A stretch of DNA of 64,000 nucleotides from Candidatus Cloacimonadales bacterium (GTDB taxonomy: Bacteria > Cloacimonadota > Cloacimonadia > Cloacimonadales > DAONDQ01): positions 3,680,001 through 3,744,000 of the forward strand of contig OY759316.1 of the NCBI GenBank assembly GCA_963662275.1, in the 5' to 3' direction. The notes under the pieces were generated by a model. The model was given only the letters and a program-made list of their open reading frames with translations. It searched no databases and was not told where the DNA came from. Below, piece after piece: positions 20,201-31,154 of the stretch; the first letter of the stretch is position 1, and each line of letters starts with the position of its first letter. A program made the position numbers and the translations under genes.

Positions 20201-21814
20201 ATGAATAAATTATTTATCTTCATCTTCGCCTTCCTGCTCTTCACAGGAATTCTCTCCGCCACTAACCACCTTGATATTATGACCTCAATGCAAGGTTCGC
20301 ACAATCATGCCTCTTTTGGAGAAACTATGGCTACCCTGGATTTTAATCATGATGGGTATGATGATCTGGTTGTATGTTCCAGGGGATGGAAAAGTACTTA
20401 TCCTGCTCCTTTTGATAATCAAAAAGGCAAAGTTGATATCTATTTTGGAGGACCTAGTTTTAATAACATCCCGGATATTGTGATGGAAGGGCAGCATGAT
20501 TTTCAATACAAATCTGTTGTCAATATCGGTGATGTGAATGGAGATGGATTTGATGATTTATATATTGGTAGCGATGAGCCTACATCAAATCCGACTGAGT
20601 ATTATTTGAGGATTTATACGGGTAGTGACACTGTTCCGACTGAACCGGATATTATGATCCCATATTCATTGCCTACAGATCGTAATCTTTATAATGTAGT
20701 AAAATTGGGTGACATCAATGGTGATAATTATGATGATTTTGGATTTAATATCGAATCTTCAACTATTCCATTGGCATTGATATTTTATATAGTTTGGGGT
20801 AATATTCTTACAACTCAATACATAACAACTTCGTGCGCATGGAGTGAAGGATATTCGATAGGATTTAATGGCATAGGAGATATCAATGATGACGGTTATG
20901 GTGATTTCTCAATTGGTTATACTAACGAAGACCCGAACATAGGTTACCATCTTATCACTATCTACTTTGGAAACGCTAATTGGATTTTAACAGATAGCTT
21001 GGTTTTAACACTAACCCAGTCAGCTATTACAAAGAGTAGCACTCCATTGGGTGATTTCAATGGGGATGGAGTTGATGACTTTATGGGTTATGATTCAAGT
21101 GGCGGATTAAATATATTTTTTGGTTCGACAGAGACGGATACAATACCAGATTTATTTTTGAATCCTCCCTGGCAGGGAGGAGAAGGAGGACGATCTCTGA
21201 AATACGGCGATTTGAATAATGATGGTTTTGATGATGTTGTTGGCACAAATTATTATCTCGGGAAATTTCACATCTGGTTGGGGAGAACACATCCTAATGG
21301 TGATTCAGATCTGCTAATAGAGGCACCTTATATTCCAGCAAATCCTCTTGATTATTTCGGATACGGTTTAACGATGGGTGATTATAATGGAGATGGCTGC
21401 TGTGATATTGCCGCATCAGCACCGTTTACTGACTTTACAGGGAATGACTATCGGGGTTATGTGTATGTTTATGCAGGAAATACGGATTTAGCAGATACCA
21501 CAGTTGGTATTGATGATCCTGTTAGTCCAACTACTGCAAATCAGTTTACGATTAGCCTTAGTCCAAATCCTGCTAGAATGGGAGATCATTATGTAAAAAT
21601 CAACCTGAATGACCCAGATTATGCTGTTAAGAGTCCGATTGACATTAATATTTTCAACATTAGGGGACAACGTGTGCTGCAAACACATTTCAATATAAAC
21701 CAGGTATCTGATTCATACCAGCTTGATATTAGTAAAATGACAAGCGGTATCTATCTCTGCCAGGTAAAAAAAGGAAACAGAATAGAAGTAAAGAAAATTT
21801 CTATCATTAAATAG
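20201..21814 (+). CDS. FG-GAP propeller + CTD (paralog A5)
   Basis: MNKLF start after AAGGAG; same motifs as A1. Confidence 0.9.
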   Translation: MNKLFIFIFAFLLFTGILSATNHLDIMTSMQGSHNHASFGETMATLDFNHDGYDDLVVCSRGWKSTYPAPFDNQKGKVDIYFGGPSFNNIPDIVMEGQHDFQYKSVVNIGDVNGDGFDDLYIGSDEPTSNPTEYYLRIYTGSDTVPTEPDIMIPYSLPTDRNLYNVVKLGDINGDNYDDFGFNIESSTIPLALIFYIVWGNILTTQYITTSCAWSEGYSIGFNGIGDINDDGYGDFSIGYTNEDPNIGYHLITIYFGNANWILTDSLVLTLTQSAITKSSTPLGDFNGDGVDDFMGYDSSGGLNIFFGSTETDTIPDLFLNPPWQGGEGGRSLKYGDLNNDGFDDVVGTNYYLGKFHIWLGRTHPNGDSDLLIEAPYIPANPLDYFGYGLTMGDYNGDGCCDIAASAPFTDFTGNDYRGYVYVYAGNTDLADTTVGIDDPVSPTTANQFTISLSPNPARMGDHYVKINLNDPDYAVKSPIDINIFNIRGQRVLQTHFNINQVSDSYQLDISKMTSGIYLCQVKKGNRIEVKKISIIK

Positions 21815-21822
21815 GAGGTCAT

Positions 21823-24800
21823 ATGAAACAAGTTCTATGGTTCTTTCTAATTATATCTATCTTTATTCCAGTCTATGCAAAACATTCAGATGCTTTTCTG
21901 AATGGTGTATTTTCACTTTATGATTTGAGATACTCAGGTGATGAAAGTGATACTAGAGCAAAATTCGATCTTCTAGGACACTATCTTCATGAAGCTGGAT
22001 TTAACGCTACAACTTATTCTCTGATATTGGATGGCGACTTTGATAAACTTGATGATCTTCTACCAGCTTTAGACAGAGATAGTATCGATGCTATTCATTA
22101 CGATTTGACATGGAGCGATGCCATTTTGAATCGTACCCCCGAAATAGGTGTAGCATCTTTATCCTGTGGTAATTATCTGCATATGGAAAGTGAATATATG
22201 CTACATTGGACACCACCAGTTCCACCAAATACTCAAGGTTTTTTCGACCCGGATATTTTACCTGAATATGACGATTCAGACAATGATAAAATGAATTATG
22301 TATTTCAGCATGATACAGGTCATAGAGTTTATGAGGAAGGAGTTTATTCAAATGAAAGGGCTTGGGTATGTGATCCAGCATTATTACATAATGCTGGACT
22401 AGCATTGTATTGTCCCCGTTTTCGATGGAGTACAGGATCAACCGCTCTTTCGAGATATATTTCTAATGATTTTAAGTTTCTGAAATCTGCTGATGCACAT
22501 CCTGAAAATGAGAACAAGCTCTATCTCAGAGTTGCATTAAAATGGACGGAAGGAGCAACAAACGTTCCTGTTGCTACGATTAAACTGAAAGTCTTGAAAA
22601 AAACATATATTGACCATTTAGGTATAAATCCTTCTTTTGATACTGTTAATACTGGAGACTATGACGTAAATGATCAAGATTTGTATCAAAAACTAGTCTT
22701 AATTCCTGAATCATCATCATATACAGAGGAACTATTTTCAAATGATCTTAACGATGCTCCTGTAGATGAATTTGGTCATAGGTTTCATATCTTTGAATAT
22801 ACTGTCAGCTTACCTCCCAATTCAGGGTCTTTTAACAGTATTGATCCGGAAATATACTGGGAAGGGCATACAAAACTCTATATAGATTATATTGAACTGG
22901 AAGATGAACTTCATCATCAGATGATGATTGATAATTCTGAATTCCTAACACGCCTGCAACGCAGATTAGATAACATTGATGGACTTGGTTTTGATAACAT
23001 TGCATATTATTATACTGCTGATGAACCTTATCAAGGATCATTCGATACCTATAAGAAATTGCAAACCTATATGTCCGAAAGGCATAAGAAAATAATCACT
23101 GCAAATTACGAACCGTCGATAGATAAAGCAACTGTCAAACCTAATTCTCTGAATTTGCCTTCATATTATCATCCTGGATTGTTCTTAGAATCTGCTTCCC
23201 CGGAAAGGATTATGGTCGATTATTACCCTTTAATAGAAAGAGGTGATCTAATTGACTGGAATTCGAATAATGGATCTAATGGTATTCAAAATAAAATCGG
23301 AAGTCTGTTACTTAATCCATATCATAGAATTTCGCAACTAGTTCATGGGAACAATGACTACTCAAATACAGAATTGCTATTTGTTCCTCAGATTTATGGA
23401 GAAAAAAATGCTTCAACGGGTTCGTGGTCTCACATATATCCACCCCGTAGTATGATGAAATGTCTTCAAATGCTGCCTTTATGTTATGGTGTGGATGGTA
23501 TTGTTAGTTTTGAAATTGCCTCAAATCCTAACACTACAATTAGTGGTTTAAATTGGATTGCACCCTTGGAATACGAGACCTATCCAAGCACGGTTAATGG
23601 AGAGAATAGATATAATAACTTACAGGTTGCACCCGGAAGCGGTTATCAGATGCTAACCGAGGCTAATAGTAAAATTAATATTTATGGTCCGATTATTAAA
23701 GATCTGCATTGGGTAGATGCGGACGCAATTATGACAGATAACGCACATCAGAATGTTGATATTAATGATATGGGCTTAACAAGCCTTATTGTTTGTAACT
23801 ATCTACAGTCAAATCCCCCTCATAATCCAGATTATGAAGGATATGTGCAATGCGGATATTACAATGATAATGCAAATAATCCATCATTTATGCTGGTTAA
23901 TCGTAGAGCAGTTTACAGAAGTGATAATCTGAACACTTCAGTCGGTATTAATGTTGATGCTTCATTTACAAATGCTCCTAATCAGACAGTGCAATTTACT
24001 TTCACTACCGATGCTGTCGCCCACTATGGAGGCAGGTTGGGGCTCTATGATCCCTATTCCCATGATCTGCAGGTTATGAATCCGAATCGGGTTGTCGATT
24101 GTACAATAGATGCAGGAGATGGAAGCCTGAGACAAGTCGTGGCTGTCCTGCAGCCAAATGTTACCGCCAATTATTCAGAGGACAGTGATGTCTTTGTTAC
24201 CGGGGATGTACATATTCAAAATGGCGCAGAGGTAACGATACATCCGGGGAGAACGTTAAATATTCTCAATCACAGCAGGATTTATGTGCAAAACGGTTCA
24301 ACTCTCAATATCGCAGGAAATCACTTTCGTAAGTCAAAACTCATCGCAGACCTGGCGGGAAAGATTTATGTCAGCCAGGGTGGTGCATTAGTAATTCAGG
24401 ATACTGAATGTGATATGAGTGATTCGACATTTATCAGCTTAATCGGTGGTGAATTATCGATCAATAATTCCCAATTTAACTTGAAATGCGGTGGTAACTG
24501 GAAGGGGATCACAAGTAACGGCAGTCATATAAATATATCTTCCAGCACTATATATAAGGCGGAAAAAGCATTTTCCCTGAATGGATCAAGCTTCGCAATG
24601 GAGAATACGGATATCTATATTCCTACAAATGGAACCGGAATTGAGATAACCAATCGCCATTCTTCAGACGAGATTATCCTTTCCGGTCTTGAAGAATATG
24701 AAAATCATATTCAAGGACAAAGAGAAACAACTAGAACGACCGGGATTTCGATGAAAAGTATGGAAAATCCTCTGTGCTGTGCATGGACAGTATTCTCGAA

Positions 24801-26379
24801 CTTAACTACGGGTATTGAATACAGTTTATCCGCAGATAAAGCGGATTCAGTTACAGCATGTAGCTTTACGGGCTGTAGAACTGGTATCTTTATAACCGGA
24901 ACCGGCGGACTGGCAAAAATCAGGCAATGCAATTTCACGATTAGCAACCAGGGATTGGGTATTGACACACATGTATATATTCCCCTGGTTGATGCATGTG
25001 ACTTTGAAAGCCCGACTTCTTCCAATAATACCGGTATCTACCTCGATAACGTCCAAACGATATCGGGTCAGCGGGGAAAAGAAAATATCAGGAACTGCAC
25101 ATTCACAGCTTTAAAACGCGCTATTGAAAGTCGCGGTTCTCAGGCAAGACTGGAAGCGAATTATTTAAATTGTAATGAATCAGGGATTGTCAGTCATCAG
25201 AATTCACTTATTGATTGCAGTTACGATGCATCAAATGTTTTTAATAATATATGGCAGAATGTCTATTTTTATGCTGATTCCACCTATGCAAATGCTACCT
25301 ATTGTTCAACAATCGAAATGCTGAATGGGCATAATGATTTTATTCATGCCGGCGCATGTTATGACTTCCGTTTTAGTACAAACTATGATTATCATGGTCT
25401 TGATAGAGGTCATATCAGGGCGTCCGGTAATTATTGGTCATTAAGTCCAATTCTTGGACCTGATGATAATGCGGTTGTTTATCCTCCGGAACATCATGAT
25501 GTGATAGATGTGGGTAATTGCGATCCCGCCCCTAATATGTTAACTGCTTTTGCGACACCTAGTTCAAGATATGAACAGGCTTTAGCTTTTGAAGATGCGA
25601 ATGATTGTACCGCTGCATTTTTGCTATACAAACAGATTTTAAGTGAAAGATTGCCTGATGAAAAAGCTTTCTGGGATTTATGCATCCCAAGCATCTTCAA
25701 AATTGCAAAACAGGCAAATCTCAACCTTGATGAATTAATCGCTTATTATGATTTGGAAATTTCTGCAACTTCACCGGAAGATTCAATAGGATTGATTCGC
25801 CTGATGAAAGCTTACCAGGCAAATACATACCTGGCACAGAAGGATTATCAGGCAGCTAGTGATATAATCAAGGAAAGAATTGCTAATCCTATATCGGAAG
25901 CGGATTCCCTAGAAGCAGTTATGGATATGGAAATTGTGTATATCCTGCGTGATTTGGATGAGTCAAAAAGACCTCTGATCACAAGTTTTTCCCAGTATCA
26001 TTATCCTGATCTTCAGACGTACAAGGTTAAGCATGAAGAAAACCGGTTAAAGCTGGATGCTCTCTACGATATACAGGAAGAAACGCCATCCTCTATCCCG
26101 ACGGCTGTATATTTGAGCAGGAATTATCCGAATCCGTTCAATCCCACGACCACGATAGAATTTGGAGTACCTAAAGCAGCGAAGGTATCGATCAGGATTT
26201 ACAATATCCGTGGGCAGCTTGTGAAAGAGCTGGTGAATCAGAAATATGAACCGGGTAAATTCAAAGTCGTATGGGAAGGAAAAAATTCATTTGGCAAACC
26301 TGTAGCAACAGGTGTGTATTTCTATCGCCTGGAGGCAGGAGGAAAGTGCTTTACTCATAAGATGCTGATGCTGAAATAG
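21823..26379 (+). CDS. Large secreted protein: unknown N-terminal domain, parallel beta-helix, helical region, CTD
   Basis: Signal peptide; beta-helix-like repeats (WKGI, TGI...C.F); RNYPNPFNPTT...YNIRGQ...ATGVYFYRL...MLMLK. Confidence 0.75.
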   Translation: MKQVLWFFLIISIFIPVYAKHSDAFLNGVFSLYDLRYSGDESDTRAKFDLLGHYLHEAGFNATTYSLILDGDFDKLDDLLPALDRDSIDAIHYDLTWSDAILNRTPEIGVASLSCGNYLHMESEYMLHWTPPVPPNTQGFFDPDILPEYDDSDNDKMNYVFQHDTGHRVYEEGVYSNERAWVCDPALLHNAGLALYCPRFRWSTGSTALSRYISNDFKFLKSADAHPENENKLYLRVALKWTEGATNVPVATIKLKVLKKTYIDHLGINPSFDTVNTGDYDVNDQDLYQKLVLIPESSSYTEELFSNDLNDAPVDEFGHRFHIFEYTVSLPPNSGSFNSIDPEIYWEGHTKLYIDYIELEDELHHQMMIDNSEFLTRLQRRLDNIDGLGFDNIAYYYTADEPYQGSFDTYKKLQTYMSERHKKIITANYEPSIDKATVKPNSLNLPSYYHPGLFLESASPERIMVDYYPLIERGDLIDWNSNNGSNGIQNKIGSLLLNPYHRISQLVHGNNDYSNTELLFVPQIYGEKNASTGSWSHIYPPRSMMKCLQMLPLCYGVDGIVSFEIASNPNTTISGLNWIAPLEYETYPSTVNGENRYNNLQVAPGSGYQMLTEANSKINIYGPIIKDLHWVDADAIMTDNAHQNVDINDMGLTSLIVCNYLQSNPPHNPDYEGYVQCGYYNDNANNPSFMLVNRRAVYRSDNLNTSVGINVDASFTNAPNQTVQFTFTTDAVAHYGGRLGLYDPYSHDLQVMNPNRVVDCTIDAGDGSLRQVVAVLQPNVTANYSEDSDVFVTGDVHIQNGAEVTIHPGRTLNILNHSRIYVQNGSTLNIAGNHFRKSKLIADLAGKIYVSQGGALVIQDTECDMSDSTFISLIGGELSINNSQFNLKCGGNWKGITSNGSHINISSSTIYKAEKAFSLNGSSFAMENTDIYIPTNGTGIEITNRHSSDEIILSGLEEYENHIQGQRETTRTTGISMKSMENPLCCAWTVFSNLTTGIEYSLSADKADSVTACSFTGCRTGIFITGTGGLAKIRQCNFTISNQGLGIDTHVYIPLVDACDFESPTSSNNTGIYLDNVQTISGQRGKENIRNCTFTALKRAIESRGSQARLEANYLNCNESGIVSHQNSLIDCSYDASNVFNNIWQNVYFYADSTYANATYCSTIEMLNGHNDFIHAGACYDFRFSTNYDYHGLDRGHIRASGNYWSLSPILGPDDNAVVYPPEHHDVIDVGNCDPAPNMLTAFATPSSRYEQALAFEDANDCTAAFLLYKQILSERLPDEKAFWDLCIPSIFKIAKQANLNLDELIAYYDLEISATSPEDSIGLIRLMKAYQANTYLAQKDYQAASDIIKERIANPISEADSLEAVMDMEIVYILRDLDESKRPLITSFSQYHYPDLQTYKVKHEENRLKLDALYDIQEETPSSIPTAVYLSRNYPNPFNPTTTIEFGVPKAAKVSIRIYNIRGQLVKELVNQKYEPGKFKVVWEGKNSFGKPVATGVYFYRLEAGGKCFTHKMLMLK

Positions 26380-26570
26380 CCGGGCAGAAGATTCTAGAGG
26401 TTAGTGGCTAGATGCTAGAAACGAATAGCTTAGAGCCTCTATTATTACTCTAGAATAATACATGAAGAATATGTTTTAATTGTAACTATATCTGTGCTGC
26501 ATACCTGCTTCTCACAGCAGGAATGCAGTACGTATGCAGTTGTATATAGTTCGTATGAATGAAGTGCATT

Positions 26571-26604
26571 AAAAAGAGATGCTCAAGCAGGGCATCTCTT
26601 TTTT
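26571..26604 (+). terminator. Rho-independent (possibly bidirectional) terminator
   Basis: AAAAAGAGATGCTC-AAGCA-GGGCATCTCTTTTTT. Confidence 0.75.
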
Positions 26605-26855
26605 ATTGAATAAGTAATTCATATTCTGAGAAGAGCAATCTGGTCATTGGCAAAAATACTTCTTGACTAATAAGTAACCATGTTGACACAATACAATACA
26701 TAGTTGACAATCCATATTTTGTTGTATATATTTATTAATGAACTTGTATTAACACATGAAATAGATGTGCATCAAGGATACACATTCTCGTTAGAACACA
26801 TGAAAATATGCCAGGGCTGGGGAGTTTACAGCATATTTTTCCACAGGGGTTTGAT

Positions 26856-29800
26856 ATGATCAAAAAGATTGAACAGGCACTTACACAATTTGTGGCAGAA
26901 AAACTTCAACTGGTGGAACGGATTGTTGATCGTCAGCGGGAGAAGAAGAGTCACCTCATTGAGATATTAGGTCCATCCGGAACCGGAAAGTCGTACATAT
27001 TCAAACAACTATGCCTTTCCCTTGAAGAAACAGGAGTACCCTACACCGTAGTTTTACCCAGGGTTTTTGTTTTCAACCAGCTTGATGAACTTGTGAAACT
27101 GCTTTTTAAAATCACGGATGCGGAGTATGACGGAATTATTGAAAATTCCCGCCAGTTCAGCACAGGCAGAAAATATGATTTCTTCTATTATCTGACTGAG
27201 ACCCTGAACAAGAAAAAAGCCTTTCAGCCGATCACGGTGCTTATAGATGACTGTAATAAGATGGATGCCTATACCCTGGACTTTCTTCAATATGTCGTAC
27301 AGTATGCACCTGATAATGGATTACATATTATTGTTTTCGCCAAAGATAAGGTTTTTACTTTTTCGGATATAGAGCAGCTTGAGTATCTCAAAACAGAAGA
27401 CATCCGCAAGATATTAACCATACTTTATCCGGAGGCAGGTAGCGAATTTACATCAGAAGGTGATATTCTCAAGAATATAACAGATGGAAACCTGTTCATT
27501 CTAGAGTATATTTTTAATGATATGCTATCCCATTCAAAATCCAAGCAGGTGGATCTTAGCCCTTACATAGAGAAGCGATACAATGACCAGGAAATCTACA
27601 AGCAGAAGTTTAAAACGCTCAGTAAGCTGCAGCAGGATTTGATGCAATGGATATATCTGCTGGATGGTCGGGCAACTGTGGAAATTCTTTCGCTGTTCAT
27701 AAAATCCAAGAAACTGGGAAAAGAACTCCTGGAATTGGAAGAGCAAAATTATGTACTTCGTTATGCAAAACTCTATGGTGTTAAAAAAATAAAAGCCTTC
27801 CAGGAAGAATGGAATAACCTGGATGACATCGTTTGTAAGGATATGCTGACGACTATTGTTCAATACTTCACGAAACAGAAGGAAACCTTTCTTCAGCTTG
27901 GCATGTACTATATCGCTTTGAATGAACTAGCTCCTGAACCATTTCTCAAGATCGTTGATTACCTGGATCTAATCAATGATCACCAGAATTTGGAAAAGAT
28001 ATACCTGTTCCAACTCAATCATCAGATAAAACCTTCTGAACAGCTTTATTATTTAATGCAAATCGGTAAAACCTACAAGAATATGAATGATAAGGAACAT
28101 GCAGCAGAACAATTCAGGCAGTGTCTGCAAATCTGTACTGAAAATGGTATTCCGGCTGAAGAGACAATCTATCAGTTAGCAGATAGCCTGTTTGCGATTA
28201 ATTCAACGAATTTTGCTTTGGAAATTATCAAAAAATATACTCCTCAAACAATCAGTAATTACTGGCGTGCCAGGATTCTCCTTTTAAAAGCTGAAATACT
28301 CATGGAAGTGGAAAGTTATAATGAATCTGTTTCCTGCCTGGATGATGCCACAGAAGCAATCGCCCATGTGGATGATAAGGATAAGAGATATAAACTGCAA
28401 GCGGATACCAGGAAACTGAAGGGGAAGATATTCTATTACAATAATGAATGGGATCAGGCAGCGGTAGCATTCCGGGATGCTGAATCATTATATAAACTGG
28501 AAAATGATTTCACGGGTATGGCAGCTATCTATAATAATCTTGGAGCCATCTTCATGTTACAGGGAGAATGGGAACAATCAGAACAAATGCTCCAACGCAG
28601 TTTAGAGTTAGAACAGCAGCGTTTTAACCTGAACGGTATATCTGTCTGTTATAATAATTTGGGCAGCCTGATGGATGACAAGGGAGATCGTGAACGTTCT
28701 ATTTATTACCTGGAAGAAGCACTGAAACTCCAAAGGCTGTTGAATGAACCGTATAATATCGCCAATATTCATAATAATATCGGCATCACTTACATGGATG
28801 CCAATGAATTTGACAAGGCAGAGGATGCATTCAGGCATTCCCTGGAAATTGCCTTAGCTTATGGATTTTATAAAAATATCATCGCTACTCTCAATAGCTT
28901 TGGGGCACTATATTTTAAGAAAGGTGACTGGAACAAGGCGATCGATTATTATGATCGAGCCATTGAAAAATCCAAAGAGAAAGATTTTATCGAAGGTTTA
29001 CTAAAATCTTATAATAACCTGGGTGAATTATACGAAAAAAGAGGAGAGCTGAATCTCGCATATGATCTGTATTTTAAGGGAAGAGAACTGCTTCCTCAAA
29101 TCAGTAATGACTTTATCAAAGCTGAGTTGTATGGAAATATGGGGTCTGTGCTCACCAAGCTTCATAAATTCAGTGAAGCTTATTCGAATCTGATGGAGAG
29201 CTTTGATTTCTTTAAAGCTCTCAATGCCAAGGATAAGATTATTGAAGGCTGTCAGAAGCAGGCATACTATTTTATTCTCACCCGCAACTATGAAAGCGCA
29301 GATTATTACCTCAATAGTGCCGTTAAAATAGCCAAGGAACTGAATAATCCCTTTGAATTGGGAAAGACTTATTATTTACGGGCATTGCTGGAGCATAAAA
29401 ATATTGAATTGGCACGTAAACAACTGGAAGATGCTATCTCAATATTCCTAGAGACTAAAAACTTCTATGAACTGGCATATGCTAATTACGAATATGCTAA
29501 TGTTCTTTACGAAAGCAAGGAATGGGAACAGGCACTCCAAATTCTCAAAAATAATCGTAAGACTATCCAGCAATTTGGAGCAATCAAACTCCTGGAGCAG
29601 AATGATATTCTCATGCAGAAGATTTCTAAGGAATATGCAAGTGATTTGAAGGAATCGAAATTCCAGGAGAACCTGCTGAATAAATTCTACGAGATTACGC
29701 AAAACCTGAATTCAATCTCGGACTTGGATGTGCTGATAGAATCTTCCCTAGGCAGTTTATGTGAGATTTCGGAGGCAGATGGTGGTATTCTCTGTCTTTA

Positions 29801-31139
29801 TAATAGTGTGACCGTCCCCGAATCATGGGAATATAAGATCTATAATAATTTCAGTCATGATGATAAATACTATGATACAATGATGGATTTGATCCAGGAT
29901 ACATTCCAGACTTCTGAACCCAAGAATGTCAAGCAACCGCACTTTGCTACGCAATTTAATCATATCGTTGCTTTTCCCCTGACCATCAGGAATAAAGCAC
30001 AAGGTGTCGTATTGCTTTTCAGTAAACACGGTTCGCATTATTTCCCTGAACGGGTAGTCAATCTCATCAGTGCGCTAAGCAATCAAATCATCGTCATTAT
30101 TGAAAATATACGTTCAACTAACCTGGAAAAATCACATGCTATCCTACGTGAGCAACTGAATACATCGAACTCCTTCTCCAATATTATTGGTAAAAGTCCT
30201 AAGATGCTGGCTATCTTTGCGATGATCGAAAAAATCAAGGATACACCGACAACCATTTTGCTGGAAGGACCCAGCGGTACTGGAAAAGAACTCATTGCCC
30301 GTGCGTTGCATTACAGCAGTAATCGAAGGAATAAGGCATTTGTGGCGCAGTACTGCGGAGCCTTGCCTGAATCCCTGCTGGAAAGCGAACTATTTGGACA
30401 TGTGAAAGGTTCTTTCACGGGTGCAGCCTATGATAAAAAAGGCTTATTTGAAATTGCGGACGGAGGTACTTTCTTCCTGGATGAAATTGCGGATATTAGT
30501 CTTTCCACGCAGGCAAAGCTATTACGTTTCCTGCAGGAAGGGGAAATTAAACGAGTTGGTGCGACAAAAACAGAGAAAGTGGATGTTCGTGTCGTTTGTG
30601 CAACGAATATAACATTGCTGGATCGGGTGAAGAAAGGTGAATTCAGGCTCGATTTGTATTACCGGCTAAATGTAATTCGACTTGATGTTCCATCGCTCAA
30701 AGAAAGAAAGATGGATATTCCACTATTGGCAATTCATTTCCTGGATAAGTTCAACAAGAGAATGAACAAGGATGTCAGCGGGATTACAGATGAAACGATG
30801 AAGTGCCTATCTAATTATGAATGGCCTGGCAATGTACGACAACTGGAAAATGAAATTGAACGGGCGACAACATTGGCAGATAATAATAGCTTTATTAAGC
30901 CTTCCGATCTTTCGGAAGAAGTCTATAAATATGCAGAACACACCCAGGCAATAAATCTTCTATCAAAGAAAGTAAATCTGAAGGATGCCGTGGAGAGCTT
31001 GGAAAAGATCATGATCCAAAAAGCATTAGAAGATAGCAATTGGAATCAGACGCAATGCGCTAAAGATTTGGGTCTTAGCCGACAAGGCTTGATCAAGAAA
31101 ATGAAGCGCTACAATTTGTTCAGGGAAGAAGACGAATAA
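26856..31139 (+). CDS. Sigma54-dependent enhancer-binding protein with N-terminal P-loop, TPRs, GAF, AAA+ and Fis HTH
   Basis: Two Walker A motifs (GPSGTGKS, GPSGTGKE); ESELFGHVKGSFTGA; FLDEI; FRLDLYYRL; WPGNVRQL; C-terminal HTH; many YNNLG TPRs. Start could be 26808. Confidence 0.9.
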   Translation: MIKKIEQALTQFVAEKLQLVERIVDRQREKKSHLIEILGPSGTGKSYIFKQLCLSLEETGVPYTVVLPRVFVFNQLDELVKLLFKITDAEYDGIIENSRQFSTGRKYDFFYYLTETLNKKKAFQPITVLIDDCNKMDAYTLDFLQYVVQYAPDNGLHIIVFAKDKVFTFSDIEQLEYLKTEDIRKILTILYPEAGSEFTSEGDILKNITDGNLFILEYIFNDMLSHSKSKQVDLSPYIEKRYNDQEIYKQKFKTLSKLQQDLMQWIYLLDGRATVEILSLFIKSKKLGKELLELEEQNYVLRYAKLYGVKKIKAFQEEWNNLDDIVCKDMLTTIVQYFTKQKETFLQLGMYYIALNELAPEPFLKIVDYLDLINDHQNLEKIYLFQLNHQIKPSEQLYYLMQIGKTYKNMNDKEHAAEQFRQCLQICTENGIPAEETIYQLADSLFAINSTNFALEIIKKYTPQTISNYWRARILLLKAEILMEVESYNESVSCLDDATEAIAHVDDKDKRYKLQADTRKLKGKIFYYNNEWDQAAVAFRDAESLYKLENDFTGMAAIYNNLGAIFMLQGEWEQSEQMLQRSLELEQQRFNLNGISVCYNNLGSLMDDKGDRERSIYYLEEALKLQRLLNEPYNIANIHNNIGITYMDANEFDKAEDAFRHSLEIALAYGFYKNIIATLNSFGALYFKKGDWNKAIDYYDRAIEKSKEKDFIEGLLKSYNNLGELYEKRGELNLAYDLYFKGRELLPQISNDFIKAELYGNMGSVLTKLHKFSEAYSNLMESFDFFKALNAKDKIIEGCQKQAYYFILTRNYESADYYLNSAVKIAKELNNPFELGKTYYLRALLEHKNIELARKQLEDAISIFLETKNFYELAYANYEYANVLYESKEWEQALQILKNNRKTIQQFGAIKLLEQNDILMQKISKEYASDLKESKFQENLLNKFYEITQNLNSISDLDVLIESSLGSLCEISEADGGILCLYNSVTVPESWEYKIYNNFSHDDKYYDTMMDLIQDTFQTSEPKNVKQPHFATQFNHIVAFPLTIRNKAQGVVLLFSKHGSHYFPERVVNLISALSNQIIVIIENIRSTNLEKSHAILREQLNTSNSFSNIIGKSPKMLAIFAMIEKIKDTPTTILLEGPSGTGKELIARALHYSSNRRNKAFVAQYCGALPESLLESELFGHVKGSFTGAAYDKKGLFEIADGGTFFLDEIADISLSTQAKLLRFLQEGEIKRVGATKTEKVDVRVVCATNITLLDRVKKGEFRLDLYYRLNVIRLDVPSLKERKMDIPLLAIHFLDKFNKRMNKDVSGITDETMKCLSNYEWPGNVRQLENEIERATTLADNNSFIKPSDLSEEVYKYAEHTQAINLLSKKVNLKDAVESLEKIMIQKALEDSNWNQTQCAKDLGLSRQGLIKKMKRYNLFREEDE

Positions 31140-31154
31140 ATACAGAGGGCTGCT

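Noticed and set aside
10111..21814. Diversity-generating retroelement or integron cassette array
   Set aside because: No reverse transcriptase or integrase in the window, differences are not confined to adenines, no convincing attC boxes, and the genes are paralogs with their own leaders.
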